Positions 52,839-62,695 of a DNA stretch of 64,000 bases are shown here, one piece after another. The notes beneath the pieces are model-generated. The model did no database searches. It was not told where the DNA came from and worked only from the letters and a program-made list of their open reading frames with translations. How positions within the stretch are numbered: the first letter of the stretch is position 1; every line of letters starts with the position of its first letter. The DNA comes from an uncultured Actinomycetes bacterium (GTDB taxonomy: Bacteria; Actinomycetota; Thermoleophilia; RBG-16-64-13). The stretch lies in NCBI GenBank assembly GCA_963706025.1, contig CAVPLM010000011.1, forward strand, positions 64,055 through 128,054, written 5' to 3'. A program made the translations under genes and the position numbers.

Positions 52839-53198
52839 CTAGTCGGCGCAGAGAGGCTGCCGGGCGCGAGGTCGGCTCTTCTTGCCGGTCGTTGGAACGA
52901 GCTTGATCTCCACCTCGCAGCCAACAGCTTTTGCATATTTCGTGAGAGTCGCCACTGACGGAGAGTGCTTGCCGGCTGCCTCCAGACGCGACACGGCGCT
53001 CTTGGTCGTGCCCATGCAGGCCGCTACCTCCTCCTGCGTAAGACCCGCCTCCAAACGTGCGCCGAGAAGCTCTCGCACGAGTCGGTATTCGTCCTCGAGT
53101 TCGGCGTAGGCTTCGCGAAAGCCCTTGCGCTCAAGCGCGCGCTCGAGGAAGGCCTCATGGTCGTGGGGGACCGGGTTGTAGTCGTTCTTAGCCATCAT
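52839..53198 (-). CDS. XRE HTH antitoxin
   Basis: ARLEAGLTQEEVAACMGTTKSAVSRLE...PSVATLTKYAKAVG; downstream of a RelE-like toxin. Confidence 0.88.
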   Translation of the reverse strand: MMAKNDYNPVPHDHEAFLERALERKGFREAYAELEDEYRLVRELLGARLEAGLTQEEVAACMGTTKSAVSRLEAAGKHSPSVATLTKYAKAVGCEVEIKLVPTTGKKSRPRARQPLCAD

Positions 53199-53514
53199 GT
53201 ACCTCCTTCATCCTACGGCGAGCAATGGCGATGTCAGCCTGGTTCGTCACCTGGGTCTTCTTGATGAATGCATGCAGAACTACGATCTGCCGCCCGACAA
53301 TGAAGCAGTAGAGCGCACGGCCTATGCCTTCCCGTCCTCGGGGCCGAAGCTCGAAGAGGCCGCTTCCCATAGCCCGGCTGTGCGGCATGCGAAGCATCGG
53401 GCCGAACTCCACGAGAAGTTCGACCAGCCGAGCGTAGTCGGCCACAATGTCGACCGGCCACGACTCTATCTCGTCGAGGACCTGCTTGTTGAAATAGTCG
53501 AGGTTGTAGGACAC
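53188..53514 (-). CDS. RelE/ParE (Gp49/HigB-like) toxin
   Basis: LRMPHSRAMGSGLFELRPRGREGIGRALY...LHAFIKKTQ; palindrome AGGTTAGCA-AATC-TGCTAACCT at 53521-53542. Confidence 0.88.
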   Translation of the reverse strand: MSYNLDYFNKQVLDEIESWPVDIVADYARLVELLVEFGPMLRMPHSRAMGSGLFELRPRGREGIGRALYCFIVGRQIVVLHAFIKKTQVTNQADIAIARRRMKEVHDG

Positions 53515-53908
53515 GGGACTAGGTTAGCAAATCTGCTAACCTTCGTCAATCATCGGGCTTGAGATCGCGATCTGCCCGTGGACGTCAGGTCGAATCCTAT
53601 GCTCATGCCCTGGAGCGAACCGATGGGGGACAGAATTCGGGGTTTTGCGTTCATCGGCCGGGTGCGCAGAACGGCGAAAAGCCCCACCCCCGGCAGGCGG
53701 GGGCTATCGGCGACGTGGTCAAATCCTACAGCGCCCATTTGACGGACGGCCCAGATGGATGGCGTTCGAGGAAGTTCTGCCACGACCCGCTCAGGTCCGC
53801 AATCCGAGAACGGTGGCGCTGTCCGGCAGACCAGCGGTCTGGATTCGCGCTCGAGTTCTTGATACGCTGACACCACTCGGTCCATTCGAACAACAGTCGA
53901 GGGAGTCG

Positions 53909-55718
53909 ATGAAGAAGACCTTCACCATCCTGCATACCAACGACATGCACTCGAGCCTCATAGGGATGGGCCCGGCCGCGGACTACACCCCGTTCACGCT
54001 CAACGACGACGCCACCCGCGGCGGGTACGCGCGACTGGCTACCCTGATCGCGAAACGGAAGCAGGCCCGCCAGGATCAGGGCCCCGTGCTGGTCCTCGAC
54101 GTGGGCGACTACAGCATGGGGACCGCGTTCGGCGCTGCCATCCGCGAGACCGGCGGCGAACTGCAACTCCTGTCCCGGATGGGTTACGACGCCACCACCT
54201 TCGGCAACCATGATTTCGACCTCGGGCCCGACGGTCTGGGAAGAGCCATCGGCGTGGCCGCCAAAGCCGGCCGGGTTCCGCCGGTGGTTGCCTCGAATAC
54301 CCGTTTCGCGGAGAGCGACCCGACGTTGATCGACCTCCAGCGCCTGGCCACGGAAGGGGTGATCCGCCGCCACCTCGTGATCGAGCGCGGCGGCATTCGC
54401 TTCGGCCTCTTCGGGCTAATCGGCAAAGAGGCGCAGTTCTACACCACCGGCGCCGGTGCGGTCACGTTTGCGGACGCCATAGAGACCGCCAAGGAGATGG
54501 TGACGGTTCTTCGCGAGACGGAGAAGGTGGACGTGGTCATCTGTCTCAGCCACGGCGGCTTGGAGAAGGGGGAGGACGGACGCTTCAACGACGGCGACGA
54601 CGTACGCTTGGCCCAGGCCGTGCCCGGCATCGACGTGGTGGTTGGCGGTCACAGCCACACCGCCCTGCACGAGGCGATCATCGTCAATGGCCGCACCCCC
54701 GTGGTCCAGGCCGGGAAGGAAAGCGAGAACCTTGGCGAACTGGCGGTCACCTTGGACGGCGGCAAGCTGACGGTCGAGTCCTACCTGCTCCACCCCATCG
54801 ATGACACCATCGCCGGCGACCGAGCCATCGCCAACGAGATCGAAATGCTCAAGAAGACGGTCACCGAGGTCGTGTTCGCGTCCCGCGGATACAGCATCGA
54901 CCAGCCCTTGGCGGTGGCCCCGCAGGACCTACCCAACACGTTCACCGACATCATCGCCAGCACGCCCCTGGCCAACCTTGTCACCGATGCCTTCAGGCAG
55001 CGCCACAAAGGCAGACATCGGTTTCACTGCCAACGGGATGATGCGCGCCGGCCTCAGACGAGGGAACTCGGGCGTGCAAACGGTCTACGATGTGTTCGCT
55101 GTGGCCCCCTCGGGCCGGGGTGGTTGATGAGACGTCCGGCAGCGCCCTGGTGACCGCCTACTTACCGGCCAGGAGCTGAAGAACCTTCTCGAGTTCATGC
55201 TCGTGGACAACCCGGCACATCCGGGCGAGTATTTCCCCCGCGCCTCCGGCATGAGGTTCCATTACGACTCGTCGCGTCCGATGTTCGACGTCGTGACAGC
55301 CATCGAGCTGGGAGACCTCGACCGCGGCTACCGTGCGATCGACATCACCGGGAAGGACGAGCGCCTGTATAGCCTCACGTGTCCCCTCTATTTCGGTGCG
55401 ATAGCCCTGGGCATCCCCAAGTACACCAAAGGCCGCCTGACCTTTGTCCCCAAGAACAAGGACGGTCAGCCCCTCACCTCGAGGGTCGAGGCACTCGAAG
55501 CGCCTCGGCGCGACACGCCCTACCTGCTGCCGCCCCGAGGTACGACGGACAAGGATAGTGTCGCCACCACGACAGAGAAGGGCGCAGTCCGGGAGATCAA
55601 GGAATGGCAGGCGATCATGGACCACCTCCGCAGCCTGCCGGTCGAGGGCCAGAACGAATTGCCCACCATCCCGATCGATGAGCGCGCTGCCGAAGTCCGC
55701 GCGATTAGGGTAGGTTGA
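53909..55718 (+). CDS. Bifunctional metallophosphoesterase / 5'-nucleotidase family protein (frameshifted around 55000-55170)
   Basis: ILHTNDMHS, LDVGD, GNHDFD, LSHGG, GGHSH, plus a C-terminal nucleotidase domain in ORF 55197..55718. Confidence 0.88.
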
Positions 55719-55882
55719 GGGCCTAGTAAACTGGGGAAGGCAACCCGGCCGTCAATCTCGACCAGTCATAGACTCGCAGCTCTCACGGCGCGTTCTGCGC
55801 TTCCCCGATCTAGGAAATGTCCCCGGGTCTGTTCGGTGTCTGAGCAGGAACGTTGCTATTTTGCAGGGCTTTTTCGCCGCTA

Positions 55883-55926
55883 GGTGGCGGGACCCGGACT
55901 TGAACCGGGGACACCATGATTTTCAG
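55883..55926 (-). repeat. tRNA-Phe(GAA) 3' half (att-like)
   Basis: Minus strand CTGAAAA TCATG GTGTC CCCGG TTCAAGT CCGGG TCCCGCC ACC; starts at the anticodon loop with no 5' half. Confidence 0.8.
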
Positions 55927-55977
55927 TGGTGACTGTGCGCCGCCCCATCCAACCGATGAGGGGGGTACCCGGCAGCC

Positions 55978-56184
55978 GTGGATGACCCGGCCACAATGTC
56001 AGCAGAATATCAAATGAGTTCAACAGTAGAATTCTGGTCGATTGGTGGAACAGCCCGGAATGACCTTCTGGAATTGGTTAGTAGAGGATATTTGGCATCG
56101 CAACGTCACGGAAGACGTACGTACGTCTTTTCGCCAGCCGCCAACATCCGGGAGCGGCTTGCCGGCACTAAATATCAATTCTGA
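55978..56184 (+). pseudogene. Winged-helix C-terminal fragment (Fic-family-like), low GC
   Basis: TARNDLLELVSRGYL...GRRTYVF pattern; no N-terminal domain. Confidence 0.45.
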
Positions 56185-56391
56185 AACAGTTTGACATTCC
56201 ATTGATTTTCTGGGACCAGGGCATGGACGCGGGTGCCAAATGCCCTCAGATCTGCCCAGGCCACCTGATGACCGTGCTTGACTAGTCAGACGAAGGAAGC
56301 GCCGCGGAACATCGGACATCTCGCCGGTTCGCCCTCAAGCGCCGGCCTTCGGCTCCCGATAGGAGTGACGTAGAGGGGCCGCCGAGGAGGG

Positions 56392-56933
56392 GTGGTGAGA
56401 CGCATGGTGCGCAAAGTGATCGAGGGACTCTTGATTGCGCTCTTCTGCGCCACTGTCACCACGGCGCTCGCATGCGGGGCTGAACCTGCGCCGCCATCCC
56501 CTACCGTAACCACCACTAATGCCGCGGCCAGCCTCCTTGTCATCCAGGACTATAAGAGTGAGCTAGAGGACTGGGCAACAACCTTTCTTCAAGACGCCGA
56601 TGTTGACGCCTTCGTGGGCCTCCAACATCCCCTGCGCCCCACCGCGGAAGAGCTCAAGAGAGCCAGGGATTTCACGGCATATACACGGCGCATGCTTTCG
56701 GCCTTACGTGAAATCACCCTCCGCCTGAGGTGGCGGCGGCGCACTACCAATACGTTGATTGCGTCGCTGCTGAAATCGGCGCCCTGGACAGACTGCTCCT
56801 GGGCCTAGAATCGGGAAATGAGCGGGACCTAGAGCTCGCCTTCCGAGATGCATCTGCCGCTCGCATCAAAGAGTTGCAGGCACTCAGCGCTCGCAGCCCC
56901 TATCTTGATCTACCGGCCCTGACCCAAAACTGA
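56392..56933 (+). CDS. Hypothetical lipoprotein (frameshifted near 56720)
   Basis: ALACG lipobox; ORFs 56392..56808 and 56730..56933 join into one helical protein. Confidence 0.5.
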
Positions 56934-56991
56934 GACGCGTCTTCACCAGGAGCATGGGGCGACGGCAAGTGTTCTGACTCCCAGAGGCAGA

Positions 56992-58062
56992 TCACTCCGT
57001 CTTGCTCTTTGAGCACGCAGAGAAGTGAGAGTCCCTCCAGGCTGCGCGCCATGTAGGCTTCAAGACTCGGCGGCACCACTGATGGCCTTTGCCCGGCAAA
57101 GCCGGCCGGCCACTTGTCCCTTGGGCCCGCGCCTCGCTAGGAAATGGACCGCTGGGAATGATGCCGAGATCCATGTCCCAGGCGTTTTGCTGCCAGGGAC
57201 TCGTCGGAGAAGAAAGCAGTGACTCATAAGCCTCGCGAATGGCGGCTCCACTTACCTGGGTCTGCTCATAGGACCAGAATTCGCGGCCGATCACGTAGTT
57301 CTCCCCGAGATCGGCCCAGGAGGAAAAGGTCTTCTGCAACATATCGGCCACCGGCATGATGTAATCCCAGGCTTCTTCCTCGGCGAGAAATCCGCAGGCA
57401 TATCCCCAGCGGCATAGTGAGATGAAGCGCGCATAGTCCCAACCGATGAGGCTCTTTCCCCCCAGCTTAGGAGCGTACTCCAGTACCATGTCCACCTGGT
57501 GTTTCGCCTCGGGATCGCTTTCCACCTGGGCCGACAGCAGGGCGAACTCATCCTCATCGAGGCTATCAAGATAAGCCACAAGCTCATCCCAGCCCTGGCG
57601 ATGACCGCCCTCATCGACCCACTGAAGCATGGCCAGCAGGTCCTCTCGGTTACTGATCCCCCACCACTCATCAAGTGACTGTTCAAGCATCCGTACATAG
57701 CCAGGCGTGGCCGGTTGCCCGCCCAGAAGATCGTCTTGATCGCCATTGAAGTGCGTAAGAACCGCAGAGGCGGCAAGGGCCCAGGCATGAGGCGTGCCGG
57801 GCTCAACCGGCTGGGCATTGGTCGCACTGGGCTCAGGAGCGGTGGTCGAGGCCGACCTATCGACCAATCGAGAGGTGATGGTGGCTCTCTGAGTGGTAGT
57901 GGACTTCAGGGAGGGTATGCCTGGAGTCTCAGAGGAAACAGGGGAAGATTCGGAGCCGGAACCCAGGGCCTGCGTCCCGCAGCCCGCGGATGCAAGGAGA
58001 TGCACCAGGAGGACCAGAGCAAACAGGACCACGGCAAACCCGTGCCTGTCCCTTCCTCTCAC
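56992..58062 (-). CDS. DUF1266 domain lipoprotein
   Basis: Lipobox AGC; WWGISNREDL...GGHR...GWDYARFISLCRWGYACGFL..EEAW...FSSW...NYVIGREFW. Confidence 0.8.
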   Translation of the reverse strand: MRGRDRHGFAVVLFALVLLVHLLASAGCGTQALGSGSESSPVSSETPGIPSLKSTTTQRATITSRLVDRSASTTAPEPSATNAQPVEPGTPHAWALAASAVLTHFNGDQDDLLGGQPATPGYVRMLEQSLDEWWGISNREDLLAMLQWVDEGGHRQGWDELVAYLDSLDEDEFALLSAQVESDPEAKHQVDMVLEYAPKLGGKSLIGWDYARFISLCRWGYACGFLAEEEAWDYIMPVADMLQKTFSSWADLGENYVIGREFWSYEQTQVSGAAIREAYESLLSSPTSPWQQNAWDMDLGIIPSGPFPSEARAQGTSGRPALPGKGHQWCRRVLKPTWRAAWRDSHFSACSKSKTE

Positions 58063-58522
58063 TTCCTGCCTCCTCTTCTTTTCTTACGCGGGGAAGGCTC
58101 TAGGTTATGGGGCGGTCCGCTCCGCATTCGAACGGCTCTTCTTGCAGCTACTCGGCTGTGCGCGCCTCGGCCAGTATGTCGACAATAAGCAGCGGCCACT
58201 TGAATTGCGCTGCCCGGAGATTATCGAGTGGCGAGAAGACCGCCAGAGCCGTGGGCGTCAATTCTCTTGGAGGGTTCGTGGACAGCCACACAACCAGTTC
58301 GACATCGAGAATGCTCAGACCATCTTCAGCATCAACCACGACTGTTCGTTTAGCACCCGGGCGGCTTCAGCGGCAGTTCCAGCGACCCGCTCCCGGAGGC
58401 CCCGGACTCGGCTGCCCACACTATGGGATGTTAGTGATGGGCGAGGCAAGCTTGACCCACCCGATTTCGCATCGTGTCTCCGCGCCAGCCGAGCTCGGTA
58501 CCTGGCGAACGGACCAGCCGGA

Positions 58523-58750
58523 ATCGGGCAGGAGGCGGGGTTGCCCCCGCCGTCCTCCTACATCATCCGGTGCGTACGGTTCCGTACACGGCGGTTCATG
58601 AGTCGACGAGAAACGCTCTGCCTCGCGGAGCAGAGACGGAAGACCGAGGCGATCAAAGAAGCGCTTGGATATGTTGTTCATGTGGGAGGGGCCGGAGTTC
58701 CACCAGAGACCGCGGCTGTTGGTGGCTGAGCGCCAGGCCGTCTCCGGAAC
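58523..58750 (-). mobile_element. Group II intron 3' remnant (end of RT/maturase + domains V-VI)
   Basis: Minus strand GAACCGCCGTGTACGGAACCGTACGCAC (DV) and GGAGGACGGCGGGGGCAACCCCGCCTCCTGCCCGAT (DVI, ends AT), preceded by AWRSATNSRGLWWNSGPSHMN...FFDRLGLPSL. Confidence 0.88.
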
Positions 58751-58756
58751 GCGCAA

Positions 58757-59093
58757 ATCTACCGGCAGATCGCGGAGGAGAAGGCGACTATCGAGGGAAA
58801 GACTCGGGTCTCCGAGTGGCGGGCGGCTAAGCGCTACCTACTGGATCTCGATATGGGACAAGCTCTGGGCCGAGGCCACGATCGATGAGCAACGCGAAGT
58901 GCTCAGCATCTTCAGGAGCATCACGGCCACGCCGGAGGGGTTGGCCTTCGAGGTGCCAGACCTGGCCGTGGGCTTCGAGATCGCCCTTCAGACCGGCAGG
59001 TCGGCAGTTGTGGAGGTGGCGGGACCCGGACTTGAACCAAGTACAGCACTTCCGACCCCCTTCCCGACGTCCTTCTCCCTGGTGCTCGTGTAG
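58757..59093 (+). pseudogene. C-terminal remnant of a large serine recombinase-like gene reading into an antisense tRNA-Phe end (59015-59038)
   Basis: LWAEATIDEQREVL..FRSITATPEGLAFEV...VEVAGPGLEP; GGTGGCGGGACCCGGACTTGAACC is the reverse complement of the tRNA 3' end. Confidence 0.6.
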
Positions 59094-59292
59094 TCCACGT
59101 CCTGCAGCAGCGGGGGTGGCGCAACTGGACGGGGACCGGTCTGCCCACATTCCCTTCCGACTGGTGACGGTGGCGGCCTGGTCGAATCTGCCGTGAATCC
59201 CCCGGCATCCCAGCCTAACGGTATACTGTGACGCGACTTGGCGGCCGCTGCGCAACTCGAGTCGGTGAGCTGAACACCCCAGGGGCAGGGAT

Positions 59293-59918
59293 ATGAAACG
59301 GATGCGCCTGCTGGTTCTGATTGTTCTTCTCCTCGGCCTTTCCGCGCTGGTAGTCCCTCGCAGGCTTAGGGACGCCGCCGACACTTCTCCAAGCTCCACC
59401 CTTTCCACCCCGCTGTCCAACACGGGGGACGCCCCCTTGCAACTCTACCCTCGGTTTCGCCCGATGAGCCCGGGACCGGCCTCGGGCAGCGGCAGAGATT
59501 CGTAGCGGTATGGAACCTCGCGAACGGTGGCTACGCGATGATCCGCTACGGTAGCCTGCCGTCACCCGACTGGAGCGCGGAGCTGATTGTCTACGGCCGG
59601 GTCGTGAAAGTCGACCCGCCGCTCTGGAACACCGCCGATGGCCGGCAACCGGATCACGACCAATGGTCCGAGGAGTATGCGCCCGAGATCTATACCACCT
59701 TCTACGTGCAGCTGACCGAGATCAAAGGGACCCCCCGCTTTGGAACACCCGTGGCCATCATGGTCACTAATCACGACAAGTTGCTTGCCGAGGGTGACGA
59801 GGTCCTTGTTTTCGCCGAGTATGCTGGGGATCGCAGGTACGGTATCTGGAAACAGGACGCCTACTTCCTGATCGAGGGGGTCAGAGGGATCTACATGAAG
59901 GTCGGGGGAACACCCTGA
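59293..59918 (+). CDS. Exported hypothetical protein (frameshifted)
   Basis: Signal-like MKRMRLLVLIVLLLGLSAL plus downstream ORF 59538..59918. Confidence 0.45.
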
Positions 59919-60037
59919 ACATCGTGTCAGGGCAACCGTGCCAGTCACCGTGAAGGTGACACGCGCGGCCCCCTAAGCGGCTGTCCCCGGTTCAAGTCGG
60001 GGTTTGCGGAATAAAAAGTGCCCATTTGCAGGGACAA

Positions 60038-60080
60038 GTGGCGGGACCCGGACTTGAACCGGGGACACCACGATTTTCAG
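60038..60080 (-). repeat. tRNA-Phe(GAA) 3' half (att-like) with inverted T-arm copy at 59982-59998
   Basis: Minus strand CTGAAAA TCGTG GTGTC CCCGG TTCAAGT CCGGG TCCCGCC AC; 59982-59998 is the exact reverse complement of 60051-60067. Confidence 0.8.
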
Positions 60081-60407
60081 AAATAGCCACCGGCTTTTGG
60101 GGGTAGCCGATAGTCTAATGGTATCGCATAAATTGACCGTTTGCAGGTGGTTTGTGGTTGTTGCGGTTACAGGCGGTGGCAAGGAGATACCACCGCAAGA
60201 ACCCTCTTGCCGACTTTTTGGTGACAAAGCAGTGACAAGAGCCCCCCTGGCCCCCCTGGCCGAGCTTGGTAGCCGCCAATCGGGGGGCTTGCGTTCAGGG
60301 TAGACGCAGTCGTACGCCGCGGGTAACAGGACTCTGGTTGTACTTCTCAGCGCACGTGTCGATATACGGTCTGGCATAGCTTCCAACACAACGGCAAAGG
60401 GTCTGAG

Positions 60408-60710
60408 ATGGAGACTTCCGAGAAGCTGCGCGAAAACAGAGTGCGACGGAGGGCCACCCGGCAGGGCTTCACCCTATGCAAGTCACGCCGGCGCGATCCC
60501 CACGCCCTCGGCTACGGGGGCTACTGGTTGATCCACGACGAGGCCAATACCCTGATCGTCGGGGAGCATTGGGGCATGAGCCTCGATGACGTGGAAGGCT
60601 GGCTCAACCGCGATAAAGAGCGGGTTACCACCGTCAGCTTCACACCATCGGCGCACCCGACGCGCTGCAAGCCCCGTAGACGCGTCGAGAGCCTCAAGGT
60701 AGTGGCCTAG
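60408..60710 (+). CDS. Small hypothetical protein
   Basis: EKLRENRVRRRATRQGFTLCKSRRRDPHALGYGGYWLI...MSLDDVEGWL; a mobile-element origin is inferred from context only. Confidence 0.55.
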   Translation: METSEKLRENRVRRRATRQGFTLCKSRRRDPHALGYGGYWLIHDEANTLIVGEHWGMSLDDVEGWLNRDKERVTTVSFTPSAHPTRCKPRRRVESLKVVA

Positions 60711-60768
60711 CACCCTCAGTTTGGCCCTTCCTGGCATGGGTCCGGCAGGGACGAGAGTGGGCCCGGCT

Positions 60769-61302
60769 CTACCCATCATCTTGGCTGGTGTTGCGCCACC
60801 TCTCAGCCTCCCGTTTTGCTCGGGCTGCTTGCCCTATGAGTCCAATGGCGCCGGGAAGCAAGAAGATTGTGATGATCAGCCACGACACCTGAAGCCCGAG
60901 TTCATCGCCCGAGGCAGCAAACATGCTGATGAACGCCGCCGGCAAGCAAAAGAAACCCAGCGTCGCCTCCAAGGTAACCCTCCCCTTAGTGCCGGGAGGC
61001 CAGAGAAGCAGTCCTATCAGCCAAAGACACCCGACTCCGGCGATGATGGCTCCTGCTTTCAGGAGTGCCTCTGGTGGACTGACGATAGTGGCCGAAAGCA
61101 CCGTCCCGTAGAAGATGACCAGACCGATGATGACGATGGCCCGTCCCAGAATCCTGAGGGGCCTTTCGAACCTCTTCACACCCCGGGGTCCTTCTGCTGG
61201 CAAGGCTGAATGCTCAGTCCGGCCGCTTTCTTGTCTTGCGTTCATTGGTGGGGTGCGCTGATACGGAGCAAAGTAGCCTTTCCAGGACTTTACCTTGCGC
61301 AC
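60769..61302 (-). CDS. Membrane hypothetical protein
   Basis: Four hydrophobic segments; start uncertain. Confidence 0.55.
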   Translation of the reverse strand: MRKVKSWKGYFAPYQRTPPMNARQESGRTEHSALPAEGPRGVKRFERPLRILGRAIVIIGLVIFYGTVLSATIVSPPEALLKAGAIIAGVGCLWLIGLLLWPPGTKGRVTLEATLGFFCLPAAFISMFAASGDELGLQVSWLIITIFLLPGAIGLIGQAARAKREAERWRNTSQDDG

Positions 61303-61428
61303 CCCGCCGCTTGCTATCTGCGGACATCGCCTTCATGCTGGTGCCCACTCTTAGCCCCATGCCCTTCCCTGCGGCCTACTCCACCATCCCGTCGCGCCGG
61401 CCGCGTGACCCGGGCTAGGACTCGGTCC

Positions 61429-61716
61429 TCACCCGACCGCCACAAGCTGCTCGACCTTTTCTGCCGGGCGGCTGCGGGCCAGATCGTACGCCGACTGCAG
61501 GCTGGTCCAGAACTCAGGGGTGGTGTTGAAGGCCTGAGCAAGCAGCCAGGCGGTCTCAGGGGTGATGCCGCGCTTGCCGCGCACCAGCTCATTGACACGC
61601 TGCACCGACACGCCCAGGTGTGCCGCCAAGGCCACCTGGGACAGCCCCAATGGCGCCAGGAACTCCTGACTGAGCACCACCCCTGGATGGGTGGGGATCC
61701 GATTCTCCGGGATCAT
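61429..61716 (-). CDS. higA: HigA family antitoxin
   Basis: PTHPGVVLSQEFL.PLGLSQ...RVNELVRGKRGITPETAWLL...TTPEFWTSLQ. Confidence 0.92.
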   Translation of the reverse strand: MIPENRIPTHPGVVLSQEFLAPLGLSQVALAAHLGVSVQRVNELVRGKRGITPETAWLLAQAFNTTPEFWTSLQSAYDLARSRPAEKVEQLVAVG

Positions 61717-61729
61717 GGTCGTGCCTTTC

Positions 61730-62023
61730 TCAATCGTGATAGACCATCAGTCGGACGTCTTGAGCATTGTTGCTCTCCCACCTGAACACCACTCGCCACT
61801 GGTCGTTCACCCGGATGGAGTGGAAGCCCGCCAGGTCACCCTTGAGTGCTTCCAGCCGGTTGCCGGGCGGAGATCTGAGGTCAAGTACCGTTGATGCCGC
61901 ATTGAGCATGTCCAGCTTGACCAACGCTGAGCCGACGACATCGCGTGGGATCCGCCGCGCCCGACTGGTGGGGCGGTTGTGGTACAACTCCTCCGTCGCG
62001 CGGTCGCCGAACGAGACGATCAT
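61730..62023 (-). CDS. higB: HigB family toxin (plasmid maintenance system killer)
   Basis: MIVSFGD...LRSPPGNRLEALKGDLAGFHSIRVNDQWRVVFRW. Confidence 0.92.
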   Translation of the reverse strand: MIVSFGDRATEELYHNRPTSRARRIPRDVVGSALVKLDMLNAASTVLDLRSPPGNRLEALKGDLAGFHSIRVNDQWRVVFRWESNNAQDVRLMVYHD

Positions 62024-62437
62024 TTCACCTCCTGCTGACCACCCGCCCAGAATAGCACTAACACGGTTACCGTGTACGTATTAATGGCCAGCCACGCGGA
62101 TCCCGGTTCGAAGGTGGGAACCGACATGAAAACGCTGTGAAGACGAGGTTGGGATCTCAGGTTTCTTGCGCAGGCAGAACCATCCGTAAGAACCGGCGAT
62201 ACGTAGCAGTAGAAAGAGATGGCGATGCCGAGCGCGTGTCCGCCACAAAGACCACCGCCAAACCCAACATGGAGTAGAAGCCCGCGCGATCGCGTTCGCC
62301 AAGGCCCGTCTTTGGTCTGACCCGTGACCAGTTCAGGGGCGGGACCATGTTCCTGATGTTCGACCCTTACATCTTGCCGTCATCCGGCGACGGCATGGCT
62401 TGACTTAAAATCATATGACGTATAGTTGGAGAGACGG

Positions 62438-62695
62438 ATGGCCCTCTTCCGGGTCGAATGCGGTGGAGCGAGGATCGAGATCTGGGAGGTCGACCATGGT
62501 CCTCCTCATTGCCATGTCAGCGGACTGGACAGGGGCGGCACGGTAGTGGTGGACCTCGTCACTCTCAGAGTCACGAAACCCCCCGGCCTGCCGCTTCCCC
62601 CGGCGGTGAGCCGCTGCCTGCGGGACAACCAGTCGACGATGCTCGAGGCTTGGGCGCAGGTGATCAGCTATCCGGATCGGAAGGAGAGCTCATGA
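62438..62695 (+). CDS. DUF4160 family protein (putative toxin)
   Basis: IEIWEVDHGPPHCHV...NQSTMLEAW. Confidence 0.7.
   Translation: MALFRVECGGARIEIWEVDHGPPHCHVSGLDRGGTVVVDLVTLRVTKPPGLPLPPAVSRCLRDNQSTMLEAWAQVISYPDRKESS

Noticed and set aside
58100-58420. Possible small toxin gene fragment
   Set aside because: No recognisable motif in any frame.
55883-60080. Intact tRNA-Phe genes (and an intact tRNA-Ser at 7885)
   Set aside because: Only 3' halves are present, with no D arm or pairing 5' acceptor strand.
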